This document shows positions 9,713 through 20,195 of a stretch of 64,000 nucleotides of DNA, in pieces. This stretch comes from Synergistales bacterium. Lineage in GTDB: Bacteria > Synergistota > Synergistia > Synergistales > JAFGMB01. A program made the translations under genes and the position numbers. The DNA is taken from the NCBI GenBank assembly GCA_963666205.1, contig OY762654.1, positions 1,408,001-1,472,000 on the forward strand, given 5' to 3'. The notes under the pieces are model-generated. The model did not search any database. It had not been told where the DNA came from and saw only the letters and a list, made by a program, of their open reading frames with translations. Positions within the stretch are counted from its first letter, which is position 1; each line of letters opens with the position of its first letter.

Positions 9713-10170
9713 TCCGCCGCAAACCATCTTACAAAGACGTTAAGGCGGACTTACAGCACGGAGGAAAAGCATAACCCTCGTTCTGTACAGACGGCAAGGT
9801 TCTTCAAGATGATGTCCTATCTGATTTGATCCTACTAAGATAAAGAGTGATATATGTCATGAAATCGGAGATTTATGCCAGGTAATGCTTTCGTCCAGAG
9901 GTCGCTGAGAAGAACATAAACCATAACACCAACCCATAAGACCTGTTCACCACGGAGGCAGATCTGAGGGGTCCGCCGCAAACCATCTTGAACCCCGGAC
10001 ATAATGGTAAAATGAGGGAATATTTTACAAACTCGACAATAGTCACAATTCTCAGGGACTTGCAGATTCATATTTTTCACACTGAGTATCGGAGGCAGAT
10101 CTGAGGGGTCCGCCGCAAACCATCCTGCCTAAAGGTTAAGGCGGACTTGCAGCACTGAGTATCACGGAGG
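9713..10170 (+). repeat. Cluster of three copies of a dispersed hairpin repeat (TCCGCCGCAAACCATC...GTTAAGGCGGACTT)
   Basis: Copies at about 9713-9763, 9953-9990 (truncated) and 10090-10170; a fourth at 31733-31795. Confidence 0.85.
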
Positions 10171-10334
10171 GAACCTAAAACCTTGGTATTACTGCGAAAA
10201 ATGATGAAGCCATTTTTCACTAATAAAACACCGGGAAAGGTTTAAGATGCGCTGAAGCACATCCTATGGTCTGATCCTATGGTCTGGAAGATCTGTGCCA
10301 GGTAAGGCTTAGGCATGGAGGTAACAGAAGTTAG

Positions 10335-10364
10335 CAGAAAGCCGGCAGATCTGCCGGCTTTCTG
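10335..10364 (-). terminator. Perfect 30-bp palindrome downstream of the amidohydrolase
   Basis: CAGAAAGCCGGCAGA|TCTGCCGGCTTTCTG, 33 nt after the stop; no clean U tract. Confidence 0.55.
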
Positions 10365-10397
10365 GGTCAACTATAAAAAAGTTTTTCCTGTAACTGG

Positions 10398-11597
10398 CTA
10401 ATCTTTCCGGGAATATCCATCCCAGGAAAGGGCAAATCCGGCAAGTATCTCCATGCCGGGAAGCAGCGCATCCTCGTCCACGTCAAATAGGGGAGAGTGA
10501 TGGGGATTTGCACTGCCCTTTTCCTCTCTGGCAGTTCCCAGAAAGCCGAAAGCTCCAGGTACCTTCTGCTGGAAATAGCTGAAATCCTCGGACGCCATTT
10601 CAAGGGAAGTCTCGATCACGTTGCCATGTCCAAATATCTCATCTCCCAGTTTCTTTGCAAGGCCAATGGCTTCAGGATCATTTATAACTGAAGGAACATA
10701 TTTTTTATAAACATATTCCGATGTGCATCTGAAAGATTCCGAGATCCCCTTGATCAACCTTCCTAATTTCTCTTCGATCATGTCCTGCACTTCGGGTCTG
10801 AAGGTCCTGCAGGTTCCAAGAAGTTTTACACTTTCGGGGATAATATTGAAGGCGGAACCGGCCTCGATCTTACCAAGGCTGATGACAGAAGTTTCCTGGG
10901 AGTTTATCTCACGTCCTATGATACTCTGAAGAGAGGTGATAACATGTCCGGCAGGTACGGTTGGATCCACTGCCTGATCTGGTTCGGCACCGTGACCGCC
11001 CTTTCCTTTTATAACCGCTTCCCAGGCATCACAGGATGCCATTGTGGGACCAGAACGTAATGCTATTTTTCCGGTGGGCATTGAGGACCTGACATGTATG
11101 CCGAATATCACGTCAACACCCTCAAGGACACCTTCCCGAACCATATGATCCGCACCAGATTTAAGGCCGTGCTCCTCGGCAGGCTGAAAGATAAACCTTA
11201 CCTTTCCGGCAAGCTCGTCCTTCATCTGTGAAAGGACCTTTGCCGCTCCCAAAAGCATGGCAGTATGGGCATCATGTCCGCAGGCATGCATTACCCCTTT
11301 ATTCTTTGAACAGTAGGAAACCTTGTTTTCCTCCTGAAGAGGAAGGGCATCCATATCCGCCCTGAGGGCGACACAGGGACCCGGCTTCGATCCAGTCAGA
11401 TCAGCAGTAACTCCGCACATGGTTCCTCCAAAACCTTTTTGGATGTTTTCTAATCCCAGGCTTTGAAGGATCTCCGCTACCCTTTCAGTAGTTTTCACCT
11501 CATTCCAGGCGATTTCAGGGTTCATATGAAAATGACGTCTCAGTTCTACAACCTCGGGATGTCCCTTCTCTGCAAGCGCTCTCATTTTCTCAAGCAT
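10398..11597 (-). CDS. M20D family amidohydrolase
   Basis: [49 protein letters not shown]. Confidence 0.92.
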   Translation of the reverse strand: MLEKMRALAEKGHPEVVELRRHFHMNPEIAWNEVKTTERVAEILQSLGLENIQKGFGGTMCGVTADLTGSKPGPCVALRADMDALPLQEENKVSYCSKNKGVMHACGHDAHTAMLLGAAKVLSQMKDELAGKVRFIFQPAEEHGLKSGADHMVREGVLEGVDVIFGIHVRSSMPTGKIALRSGPTMASCDAWEAVIKGKGGHGAEPDQAVDPTVPAGHVITSLQSIIGREINSQETSVISLGKIEAGSAFNIIPESVKLLGTCRTFRPEVQDMIEEKLGRLIKGISESFRCTSEYVYKKYVPSVINDPEAIGLAKKLGDEIFGHGNVIETSLEMASEDFSYFQQKVPGAFGFLGTAREEKGSANPHHSPLFDVDEDALLPGMEILAGFALSWDGYSRKD

Positions 11598-11693
11598 TGA
11601 TCTTTACCTCCTCAAGTCTCTCTCTTCCTCCCGTCAATCATGTCTATGATCTCTGACGAAGGCTTTTATGGATAATCTCTGCGCTCTCTGCAG

Positions 11694-12857
11694 TTATCTT
11701 TGCCTGTTACCTCTGAACAGGGGCATTACGGACACCACTGCGGTACCGGCAATGATCAGACAAGCTGCGGCCCAGAAAGCGGGAACCAATGAGTCTGTCA
11801 TGTCCCTCAGAAAACCGGAGATGATGGGGGCTAATATGGCTGAGCTCATGGTGGCACAGTTGAAGAATCCTGTGGCTGCACCCATCTTACCGGGGTGTCT
11901 TTTGCTCACTACGTCCCCCAGCCAGGCGACCATTACGGGCTGAATGGCCGAATTACTGAGCATCCCATAGACCAGCAGTATGATTATTATTCCCGGCCTG
12001 GAAGGTATTTTTGTAAGCAGAAGCAGGACCAGGGCCGATGCGGGAAGTACTATCAGAGCTACCAGTTTGCGGTTGATCCTGTCGGACAGTCTTCCCCAGT
12101 AAAGTCCTGCCGGAATGGCGGTTATAGCCATGAGGCCGGTAAAAAAGCCCGCCTGGGAGAGAGAAAAGCCCCTTTCCACCTTCAGGAAAGTGGGTCCCCA
12201 TGCCATGGCCACCCAGAATCCGTAGAGAGATGTGAAGGTGGCAAAATTGATCTTCCATATATCCATATCTCTGAAAAGAGCCAGATAATCCTTCAATGAA
12301 GGGATGGAATCGCATTTGACTTTGGGTAGAAGAAAATATACCAGGATCGCCATAGCCAGGGTTGGGACACTTAGTATAAGGAAGGGAAGCCTGTAGCTGC
12401 CTACTGCCTCGTAGACAGGTCCGCTCATGGTCATGCCTATGAAAAGACCTATGGACATCCCTATTCCTACTATGGCACTGCTCAATGCTCTGCGGTCGGG
12501 AGATACCACATGGAAAAGGGTACTGTAGCAGGTTGGATAATAGGCACCTGCACCCATCCCGGAGAGGGCTGAAAAGAAGATCAGAAGGGAATAAGTCCTG
12601 CCGAAAGTACCAATGCCTAACATGCCCAGGCCGGCTATGACCAACATGATCATCATCACCCTCTTGAATCCCCATTTGTCACCTGCTATGCCTGCTGGTA
12701 TCTGCATTGCTACGTAGGTGAGGAAGTATGCCCCGGTGAGTGTTCCCGCCTGTGTGGATGAGAGCGACAGGTCTGCCGCGATCACCGAAAGGAGCGGATA
12801 GAGGCATGTGCGGTCCGCGTATAGAGTGGCCCAGCCAAGCATAAGTACCAGTAGCAT
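11694..12857 (-). CDS. MFS transporter
   Basis: About 12 hydrophobic helices; motif A variants GIAGDKWGFK and GRLSDRINRK. Confidence 0.88.
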   Translation of the reverse strand: MLLVLMLGWATLYADRTCLYPLLSVIAADLSLSSTQAGTLTGAYFLTYVAMQIPAGIAGDKWGFKRVMMIMLVIAGLGMLGIGTFGRTYSLLIFFSALSGMGAGAYYPTCYSTLFHVVSPDRRALSSAIVGIGMSIGLFIGMTMSGPVYEAVGSYRLPFLILSVPTLAMAILVYFLLPKVKCDSIPSLKDYLALFRDMDIWKINFATFTSLYGFWVAMAWGPTFLKVERGFSLSQAGFFTGLMAITAIPAGLYWGRLSDRINRKLVALIVLPASALVLLLLTKIPSRPGIIIILLVYGMLSNSAIQPVMVAWLGDVVSKRHPGKMGAATGFFNCATMSSAILAPIISGFLRDMTDSLVPAFWAAACLIIAGTAVVSVMPLFRGNRQR

Positions 12858-13173
12858 TATGATCCTCCTTGATTTTGGAAGTTAAGTCAATATACCATGA
12901 ATCCCCTTATATATGGTGGTGTATACTACTCAATCTCAAGTTTGTGCCAGGTAAAGATCTCCATACAGCCGACGCTTAACCTAACTCCATGTCGCAATAG
13001 GGGCAAAAGTCTTTCCTGATGCAGATTTGCAAAAAATATGAGGGTTGTGTAAAGTTAAATCCGTATTTTTCATTTGCAGGAATGGTAAGCCCTGAATTTA
13101 TCGGATCATCACCGGGTTCAGGGGATATAATCCAGACCCGGTAAACGGGGATGATCATGAAAGGACCTGGACT

Positions 13174-13662
13174 ATGAGCGAGATCATAACTTTTAAACCT
13201 ATTGGTATAATCCGGACCCCCTTCAAGGAGAAGAAAGGCATGCCCATCCAGCCTCCCGGAGCAAAGGGTGTTCGGGGAGAGGTGATCCTTGACCCGTGTT
13301 ACAAGGAAGGCCTGAAGGATCTGGACGGCTTTTCTCATATCTACCTGATCTATCACTTTCATCGTAATGAAGGCTACAGGCTTACGGTGACTCCTTTCAT
13401 GGATACCGATCCGAGGGGACTCTTTTCGACCCGGGCCCCATGCAGGCCCAATCCGGTGGGCCTTTCGGTAGTAAGGCTTGTTGAGATCAGGGAAAACGTT
13501 CTGGCCGTTGAGGGTATTGATGTGCTGGATGGCACTCCTCTTATCGACATAAAGCCCTTTGTTCCCTGTTTTGATGTTACTGCGGAGGAATATCGAACGG
13601 GGTGGCTCAATAACAAGAATAAGGAAGTGGATTCAAAGAGGGCGGACACCCGGTTCAGGTAG
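13174..13662 (+). CDS. tsaA: tRNA (N6-threonylcarbamoyladenosine(37)-N6)-methyltransferase TrmO/TsaA
   Basis: PIGIIRTPF, GLFSTRAPCRPNPVGLS, DVLDGTPLIDIKP. Confidence 0.9.
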   Translation: MSEIITFKPIGIIRTPFKEKKGMPIQPPGAKGVRGEVILDPCYKEGLKDLDGFSHIYLIYHFHRNEGYRLTVTPFMDTDPRGLFSTRAPCRPNPVGLSVVRLVEIRENVLAVEGIDVLDGTPLIDIKPFVPCFDVTAEEYRTGWLNNKNKEVDSKRADTRFR

Positions 13663-13769
13663 GGATAATGAAGAATTCCGGGACCTTGTTCAGAACAGGG
13701 CTTAACGGCTGGGACTGTGAGAACAGGGGCAATTGAAAATAGTCTTACTGCAGGGAACTGAAGGGAACA

Positions 13770-13811
13770 AAGACAAAGTCCATTCCAGAAAACTGGAATG
13801 GACTTTGTCTT
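13770..13811. terminator. Hairpin with a 19-bp perfect stem between convergent genes
   Basis: AAGACAAAGTCCATTCCAG-AAAA-CTGGAATGGACTTTGTCTT. Confidence 0.7.
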
Positions 13812-13841
13812 CAAAACCGGCAGATAGCCGGAATCAACAGG

Positions 13842-15590
13842 TTAACGTCTGATCAGCCAGGCAAGAGGCAACAGCAGCATCATAAGCGGAGAAAGAGAGC
13901 CGATCTGGCAACCACCAGAACCGTACCTGCTGTTCCCTCCCTCAGATTCATAGAGAGCCAGGGCGGAACTCGTAACGGTTATCTGTCCGGGGATATCGTC
14001 GGAATCGCCTGCTCCATTGTCGGTGATGGTGATCTCAATAAACTTGCCGTCAGTATCCACGTTAACTGTTACACCCTGGAGCATGGTCCAGTCAATTCCC
14101 GTACTTCTCATCCAGCAGAGAATGCTTTTGGGTGCTCCGTCTGCATCGACAAAAGCATATGGGTTATCAGGATTGAATCCTTCTGCGGGGGGCTCGAACC
14201 TTATAATTACAGAACCGCCTTCGGGGACATTATTAAGGATAAAACTGAAGGCCCCTATGGGGAATTCAGCTCCTTCAAAAGAGGCATCTTCCCTGGAAGC
14301 ACCGGAAATTGTGACTCCTCCGGAGGTCCTTATGGTAACCTTTCCCTGGATGGGGTTGGTCATGTCAGCCGGCTGGGCAAGGTGTTTCTCATTGGACTCG
14401 GTGGAGGTGTCGGCAAAGGCAAGGGTCATGAGTACAAAACTGGTTGCTATGGAGTCATTACCATCATGGCTATTAGATGCTGGCCAGTAACCCACATCGC
14501 CTGAAACGATCTGATCATCGGATATGATATCTCCACTTATGAGGATTTTCTGAGGAATAACATTGTTAAGAAGATCCTGTGACCAGGAGATATCTCCAAA
14601 AATAATCTCATCTGGAGGTATAAATGCAGTAAGAGCTTTACCCATACTGAATATGAAGTAATAATAGGCATTTTTCTGGCCAGCATAGTAGGAACCAGGA
14701 GTATATGCCCATGTGTAATTATGCCTGAACCAGTCAATAGCAATGTCAACGATGGGGTTCTGATCTTCTCCTATCATGGCAAGGTTCCAGAGTCCAGCTC
14801 CAGTCTGGCACCCACCCGGATAGAAACTGGCATAGTCTGGTTCATAAGAAAAAGCTCCATCAAGATTGATATCATTTCTTCCATCTGCCCATGACTCATC
14901 ATTGGTGGCATCCCATCCATGGCACCTTGTAACAAACATGAGGAGCCTGTCCGCCCATTCTGCTTCATCCATTGAGTAGTCAAGATATCTTGAGGCATAC
15001 CAGAGACCAAGTGCTGCATACTGGGTATTGGACATGTCAGCCCACCCGAAGTATGAGGAATCATAATACCAACCACCATAAAATGCATCATCTGAAGTAA
15101 TGCCGTTATCCTCATTATGTTGATAACTTAACAAATGATCGTAGGCGGCCTGAACCTTGTCAGAAAAACCCGGGAACAAATCTTCTTCCGCATCTGTCGC
15201 TGATCCGTAAAGGGAAAGAGCCATAAGGATAATTCCTGTTTCGTAGGTTTCGTGCCATGTCTGCTCAGGTATGAACTTCTGTTGAGTATCATCCCAGAAA
15301 GAAAGAATATAATCGATCCCGGCAATGATATGCGGGTCTGAGGCAGGCACCCCCGTATCAAGAAGTGTAGAAACAGCCATACAGGTGGTAGCAAGGGGAT
15401 AATCCGAATAAGATGCCGGCCCTCGGGAAAAATGACCGTCCGGCTGCTGCTGTCCGAAAAGGAACCACTGTCCCTGCTGAACAGCAAGGGCTACATCTGC
15501 ACTTGTAACATCATCGGCCCCAAGAACAACTGAACTGCATGTCAGAACCATAAACACTGCGACAAAACACAACAAAGCAAACTTCTTCAA
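13842..15590 (-). CDS. Secreted prenyltransferase/squalene-cyclase-repeat protein with C-terminal Synerg-CTERM sorting signal
   Basis: Signal peptide; QQPDGHF, GGWYY, DMSNTQYAALGL, DGAFSY repeats; C-terminus GSGGCQIG + hydrophobic helix + RR; TTG start behind AGGAGG. Confidence 0.75.
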   Translation of the reverse strand: MKKFALLCFVAVFMVLTCSSVVLGADDVTSADVALAVQQGQWFLFGQQQPDGHFSRGPASYSDYPLATTCMAVSTLLDTGVPASDPHIIAGIDYILSFWDDTQQKFIPEQTWHETYETGIILMALSLYGSATDAEEDLFPGFSDKVQAAYDHLLSYQHNEDNGITSDDAFYGGWYYDSSYFGWADMSNTQYAALGLWYASRYLDYSMDEAEWADRLLMFVTRCHGWDATNDESWADGRNDINLDGAFSYEPDYASFYPGGCQTGAGLWNLAMIGEDQNPIVDIAIDWFRHNYTWAYTPGSYYAGQKNAYYYFIFSMGKALTAFIPPDEIIFGDISWSQDLLNNVIPQKILISGDIISDDQIVSGDVGYWPASNSHDGNDSIATSFVLMTLAFADTSTESNEKHLAQPADMTNPIQGKVTIRTSGGVTISGASREDASFEGAEFPIGAFSFILNNVPEGGSVIIRFEPPAEGFNPDNPYAFVDADGAPKSILCWMRSTGIDWTMLQGVTVNVDTDGKFIEITITDNGAGDSDDIPGQITVTSSALALYESEGGNSRYGSGGCQIGSLSPLMMLLLPLAWLIRR

Positions 15591-15934
15591 AACTGCAACG
15601 CCTCCTGGGATTAAGATATGATAAAGGAACTACGATTTTTGGACACTATGGTTCCACTCCCTTAATAATATAGAAGAGTATGTAAAGGAATGTTTTTCGG
15701 ACACGGGCAGTAATATAACTTATCTCAAAGCTTGCTACAACTCCGAAATCTCATTTTTTGAGTTAATTTAATCTTACTGAGGGGTATAAATATCCGCAAA
15801 GAGTGGCCCTTTTTGATTACAACAATATCAGGTATATTGATAAAGAACAGGTAAATTGCGTATATTACCCTTGCTATCAGGTTAACCAGGGGGTAATCTT
15901 GATTATCTGAAATACTGGATCAAGACAGGGAGGT

Positions 15935-16396
15935 ATGTCCATGTTTGAATTCTTACAGGTATGGCACATTTGGATCATTGCAGGGATCCTTCTTTTTATA
16001 TGGGAGATATTCACTCCGGGTTTCGTTGTGGCATGTTTTGGCGTGGGCGCCATTGCTGCAGGACTTCTGACCTTTATGGGCATAGGTATCAAGGCTCAGC
16101 TTACTGTTTTCGCAGTTGTCTCTGCGGCAACGGGATATCTTATTCGCCCCCTGGTCCTGAAGATGCTGAGCAGGGGTTCTCAGAAGATTGAAAGCAATGT
16201 GGATGCCATGATAGGTAAAACCGCCATAGTCGTTGTCAGGATAGATCCGGATAAGGAAGAAGGCTATGTTCGTCTGGCAGGTGACCGGTGGAGAGCTGTT
16301 TCAGTTACCGGAGAGGCTGTTGAAGAAGGGAAAAAGGTGGTTATCGAAAGAGTTGAAGGAACAAGAGTATTCGTGCGGCCTGGTGCCGGGAATTAG
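15935..16396 (+). CDS. NfeD family membrane protein
   Basis: N-terminal TM helices and C-terminal OB-fold (GYVRLAGDRWRAVS); adjacent to a stomatin gene. Confidence 0.88.
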   Translation: MSMFEFLQVWHIWIIAGILLFIWEIFTPGFVVACFGVGAIAAGLLTFMGIGIKAQLTVFAVVSAATGYLIRPLVLKMLSRGSQKIESNVDAMIGKTAIVVVRIDPDKEEGYVRLAGDRWRAVSVTGEAVEEGKKVVIERVEGTRVFVRPGAGN

Positions 16397-16429
16397 AATA
16401 CCGGTTATAAATTTAAGGAGGTTTTTCCT

Positions 16430-17446
16430 GTGTTTCAGATAATTATGGCCCTTGTGATTTTCGTGGTAGTTTTTGTTGTAAAGGGTATTGTCATGGTCTC
16501 CCAGAGTGAGACCATGGTGGTAGAAAGGCTTGGGAAATATCACCGGACCCTGGGTGCCGGTATCAACTTTACCATTCCCCTCATCGACAGACGGAAACTC
16601 TTTGTCTGGAAATACACCCTGGAAGGTCCCCAGGGGAAATATGCCGTTCAGAAACCTCTGAAAACCATAGACATGAGGGAGACCGTTTATGATTTCCCCC
16701 GGCAGAATGTTATAACCAGGGACAATGTCGTTCTGGAGATAAACGGCCTGCTCTACTTCCAGATAACAGATCCTTTCAGGGCAGTTTACGAAATCGCCAA
16801 CCTTCCCGAAGCCATTGAAAAACTTACCCAGACCACCCTCAGGAACGTGATCGGAGAAAAGACCCTGGATGAGACCCTTTCTTCACGGGAAGACATCAAT
16901 GCCCGTCTCTGCAGGGTATTGGACGAGGCTACCGACAAATGGGGTGTCAAGGTTAACAGGGTGGAGATCCAGGATATAAATCCTCCCGAGGAGATCAGGG
17001 AGGCCATGCAGAAGGAAATGCGGGCAGAAAGGGACAGGCGGGCCCAGGTCCTTGTAGCTGAAGGTGCAAAAAGGGCTGCCATACTCAAGGCTGAGGGTTT
17101 CAGGGAATCGGAGATCAACCAGGCGGAAGGCGAAAAACAGGCCAGGATACTTCGAGCCGATGGTATTGCCCAGGCACGAGTAAGAGAATCCCAGGCCGAG
17201 GCAGAGGCCATTAAAATGATATCCTCTGCCGTGAAGGAAGCCAATGGGGATCCATCTACCTACCTTATAGCCTTCAGGTACCTGGAAACATTGAAATCCA
17301 TGACCGAGGGAGACAGGGCCAAGACTGTTTACATGCCCTACGAGGCTACGGCCATTCTGGGTTCCCTGGGAGTACTCAAGGACCTGCCCGGGGGAGAGGG
17401 TTTGAAGAATATTCTTGGCGGTACAGGCAAAGGAACTGCTGAATAG
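16430..17446 (+). CDS. SPFH/stomatin (band 7) family protein
   Basis: VVERLGKY, QNVITRDNV, QTTLRNVIG, DKWGVKVNRVEI, AERDRRA; GTG start with AGGAGG. Confidence 0.92.
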   Translation: MFQIIMALVIFVVVFVVKGIVMVSQSETMVVERLGKYHRTLGAGINFTIPLIDRRKLFVWKYTLEGPQGKYAVQKPLKTIDMRETVYDFPRQNVITRDNVVLEINGLLYFQITDPFRAVYEIANLPEAIEKLTQTTLRNVIGEKTLDETLSSREDINARLCRVLDEATDKWGVKVNRVEIQDINPPEEIREAMQKEMRAERDRRAQVLVAEGAKRAAILKAEGFRESEINQAEGEKQARILRADGIAQARVRESQAEAEAIKMISSAVKEANGDPSTYLIAFRYLETLKSMTEGDRAKTVYMPYEATAILGSLGVLKDLPGGEGLKNILGGTGKGTAE

Positions 17447-17465
17447 TTTTTTTCACGATAGTTAT

Positions 17466-17495
17466 GCCCCTTTCTTCCTGGAGAAAGGGGCTTTT
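17466..17495 (+). terminator. Intrinsic terminator
   Basis: GCCCCTTTCT...AGAAAGGGGC followed by TTTT. Confidence 0.75.
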
Positions 17496-17594
17496 GTATC
17501 GTTTTTTTCCTTAAAAATTGATCTTTCCATGTTCCGGGAAGGCATATTGTTATGATTGGGTTCTCCATGTTTTGTAAAGGAGGGGATATTTTAC

Positions 17595-18002
17595 ATGAAC
17601 AGTCTGTTCCTTAAAGGTTTATTGATGTGGCTGTTCTTTGCTGCTGTGGCAATAACTTCGGGTATTCTGAGGGAGAAATACCTTACTCCCATACTGGGTT
17701 CCCTGAGGGCACACCAGGCTGGGACCCTTGCTGTCCTCGGTATGGTCTTTCTGCTTATATATTTTCTTCTGGGCCCTGCCCTTTCCCAGATCCCGCCTGG
17801 CGGGGCCTGGACGCTGGGACTGTCCTGGCTCGGCATGACCATCTGCTTTGAATTTCTCTTCGGACACTACGTTGTGGGGCATTCCTGGAAACATCTGCTG
17901 GCGGACTACAACATAATGCAGGGAAGACTCTGGGGACTTTTCCTGGTGGGGATCGCTATTTTCCCAAGGATAGTACAGCTACTCAGGGCTTCTATAAACT
18001 GA
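17595..18002 (+). CDS. Conserved hypothetical 4-TM membrane protein
   Basis: Hydrophobic helices, FEFLFGHYV...LLADYN motif; AAGGAGG SD before ATG 17595. Confidence 0.75.
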   Translation: MNSLFLKGLLMWLFFAAVAITSGILREKYLTPILGSLRAHQAGTLAVLGMVFLLIYFLLGPALSQIPPGGAWTLGLSWLGMTICFEFLFGHYVVGHSWKHLLADYNIMQGRLWGLFLVGIAIFPRIVQLLRASIN

Positions 18003-18255
18003 TACACATAGAGTCCAACCTGACCTGCTTCAAAGAACAGGTTTTTTCCAGACATGGCATTTTTATATAAAATGTAAAATAAAACAATAATTGAGTGCTA
18101 TTTTTTTATACATGGTATATCATCCAATAGCGTATAGTAAACATAGTATAATTTTATTGAGATATTATTGTACATCTGTTTGGCAAAATGTATAATTAAC
18201 CATGCTCTTGTATTGATTGGAAAGAATAATAGTTTTCATTGAAGGAGAGAAATGT

Positions 18256-18780
18256 ATGGGTATTCTATTACGTCTATTATATGTTTTCACAAAGGTTGGA
18301 GTGCTGGCTTATGGTGGCGGCCCTTCCATGATACCCCTTGTCCAGATCGAGGTGGTCGATAACAGTAAATGGATGTCCCTTACAGAATTTATGGACACCC
18401 TGGCCATGGGATATTCCCTTCCGGGACCCATTGCGACCAAAATGGCAGCAGCCGTTGGTTACAGAGTTGCAGGATTCAAAGGTGCCATTTCCGCCCTCCT
18501 GGGTATTGCCCTTCCATCTGCAATAATGATGCTTGTGATGGTGATATTCTTCATGCATCTTAAAGATCACCCCATGTTCGGTGCCATGATGAAGGGTATT
18601 CGACCGGTGATACTGGCCCTCCTTGCTCTTGTTGTTTACCAGATGTTTCCCAAGTCAGTAGTTTCTCCGCTGACTGGTCTTATCGGCCTGGGAGCCCTGG
18701 TTATCATGATAGTTTTCAAAGTACATCCTGCTTTTCTGATCATTGCAGGAGGTTCCTTAGGAATGATGTTCTTCAGATAA
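18256..18780 (+). CDS. chrA: Short-chain chromate transporter (CHR family)
   Basis: GVLAYGGGPS and LPGPIATKMA motifs; AAGGAG SD before ATG 18256. Confidence 0.85.
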   Translation: MGILLRLLYVFTKVGVLAYGGGPSMIPLVQIEVVDNSKWMSLTEFMDTLAMGYSLPGPIATKMAAAVGYRVAGFKGAISALLGIALPSAIMMLVMVIFFMHLKDHPMFGAMMKGIRPVILALLALVVYQMFPKSVVSPLTGLIGLGALVIMIVFKVHPAFLIIAGGSLGMMFFR

Positions 18781-18818
18781 AGAAAAAGGGGCTACCCGGA
18801 AGGTTAGCCCCTTTTCTT
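18781..18818. terminator. Bidirectional intrinsic terminator
   Basis: AAAAGGGGCTA...TAGCCCCTTTT between convergent genes. Confidence 0.8.
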
Positions 18819-18830
18819 ATCTGTATTTTC

Positions 18831-19277
18831 CTATAGCCTCAAGCCACCGGTCCGGTTTTTATACCTTTTCAGCAGAACATGGGTCTGAACCCTCAGAACT
18901 CCCTTTGTAGAATATATCTTTTCCAGGACCAGATCCCTCAGATCATCCATATCCGTAAGAAGGGAATGCATGTGAAGAGTGCTTGAACCGCTCATAAGGT
19001 AGAGACTCTCACAAAGGGGATCACTTGCCAGTTCTTCAGCAACCTGATTGAGCGACCCTGGTTCTACGTCTATTTCAAGAAATGCAGACACTTTCTTTTC
19101 GCATTTGTCAGGATTGATAATGACAGTAAATTTTTCTATCACCCCAGACTGCTTGAGCTTTTCTACCCTTTCTTTGATGCTGGCCCTGGTCAATCCATAT
19201 TTTCTACCCAGTTCCGCAAAGCTTATCCTGGCATCATTCGTAAGATCTCCAAGCAGGTCACGGTCAAGCTTATCCAA
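18831..19277 (-). CDS. Lrp/AsnC family transcriptional regulator
   Basis: LDRDLL...DARISFAELG HTH, GVIEKF, C-terminal RAM domain. Confidence 0.9.
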   Translation of the reverse strand: MDKLDRDLLGDLTNDARISFAELGRKYGLTRASIKERVEKLKQSGVIEKFTVIINPDKCEKKVSAFLEIDVEPGSLNQVAEELASDPLCESLYLMSGSSTLHMHSLLTDMDDLRDLVLEKIYSTKGVLRVQTHVLLKRYKNRTGGLRL

Positions 19278-19334
19278 AGCAATTTCCCCCTTACATATGT
19301 GAAAACACCGGGTTTCAAAGTACCTGTAACAGAG

Positions 19335-20138
19335 CTACAAGCCGCTGACTCTTGTAACTTCGATTCCTCTTTTTTCCAATTCTTCGATGAAGGGATTGAT
19401 GCCTATAAGGTCACTTGTCATGTGACCTGAGATTACAAGGTTACCATGTCCTTCATATTCCCTGATCTTCCTGAGTTCAGGATAATGAATATGAATATAG
19501 ATCAGAGTATCAACTCCGTTGTCATAGTAGGCCCTTGCAACTTCGAATCCTCCATTCGTTCCCGCCCCATGGGAAACAGCTATCTTTCCTGCCCTGTTTT
19601 CCAGAGATCCAGCTTTAACAAGAACGGGAACCTCGCTCATGGAAAATTCAGGTATTTCATTCAGCTTACTTACAACGTCCCCGACAGTTGCATCTGGATC
19701 AAGACTTTCCAACGCTTTTTCCATTCTTTTCTTGCCGATCTGATCCAGGGGATAGTGGATATTCATAAAAGGCATACCTATAAGCCGAGCAAATGAAGGA
19801 ACATGATCCGTATTGGTTATTATCCCCCAGAGTTCCCGCTGCTCCTTGAGGGGTAATATGGTTTCCCAGGCTTCCTTCACAGGAACTCCTGCCTCTATAA
19901 GCTGCCGGGCATGCTCATCGATTATATTATAAAAGGTTCTGGCCGAACCGCTTGGATGATGGGCAATAACAGCGTCATAACCCATTTCTTTTGCCAGATG
20001 TAATTCGGCAACTCCTATATCTATACCAAAAAGGACTTTTCTGATCTTCTGTCCATGATGGTAAATAGCAGAATCTGCCGGAATTTCGTCAATTCCTACC
20101 ATAGAAAGAGCCAGATCCATTATTTCCTGTGTATTCAC
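19335..20138 (-). CDS. Nif3-like dinuclear-metal protein
   Basis: KVLFGID...DAVIAHHP, NIHYPLD, GHMTSD metal ligands. Confidence 0.65.
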   Translation of the reverse strand: MNTQEIMDLALSMVGIDEIPADSAIYHHGQKIRKVLFGIDIGVAELHLAKEMGYDAVIAHHPSGSARTFYNIIDEHARQLIEAGVPVKEAWETILPLKEQRELWGIITNTDHVPSFARLIGMPFMNIHYPLDQIGKKRMEKALESLDPDATVGDVVSKLNEIPEFSMSEVPVLVKAGSLENRAGKIAVSHGAGTNGGFEVARAYYDNGVDTLIYIHIHYPELRKIREYEGHGNLVISGHMTSDLIGINPFIEELEKRGIEVTRVSGL

Positions 20139-20195
20139 TAACCAGCACCACCTTTTAAAATTTCAGGAGTAATTCAACTATTTTTTGCAGGTTCA

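Noticed and set aside
9700-10320. CRISPR array
   Set aside because: Only 2-3 partly similar units with irregular spacing (about 140-260 nt) and no cas genes
185-11597. Two 399-aa M20 genes as direct repeats flanking the island
   Set aside because: Equal length, but the sequences are clearly divergent paralogues, not a recent duplication
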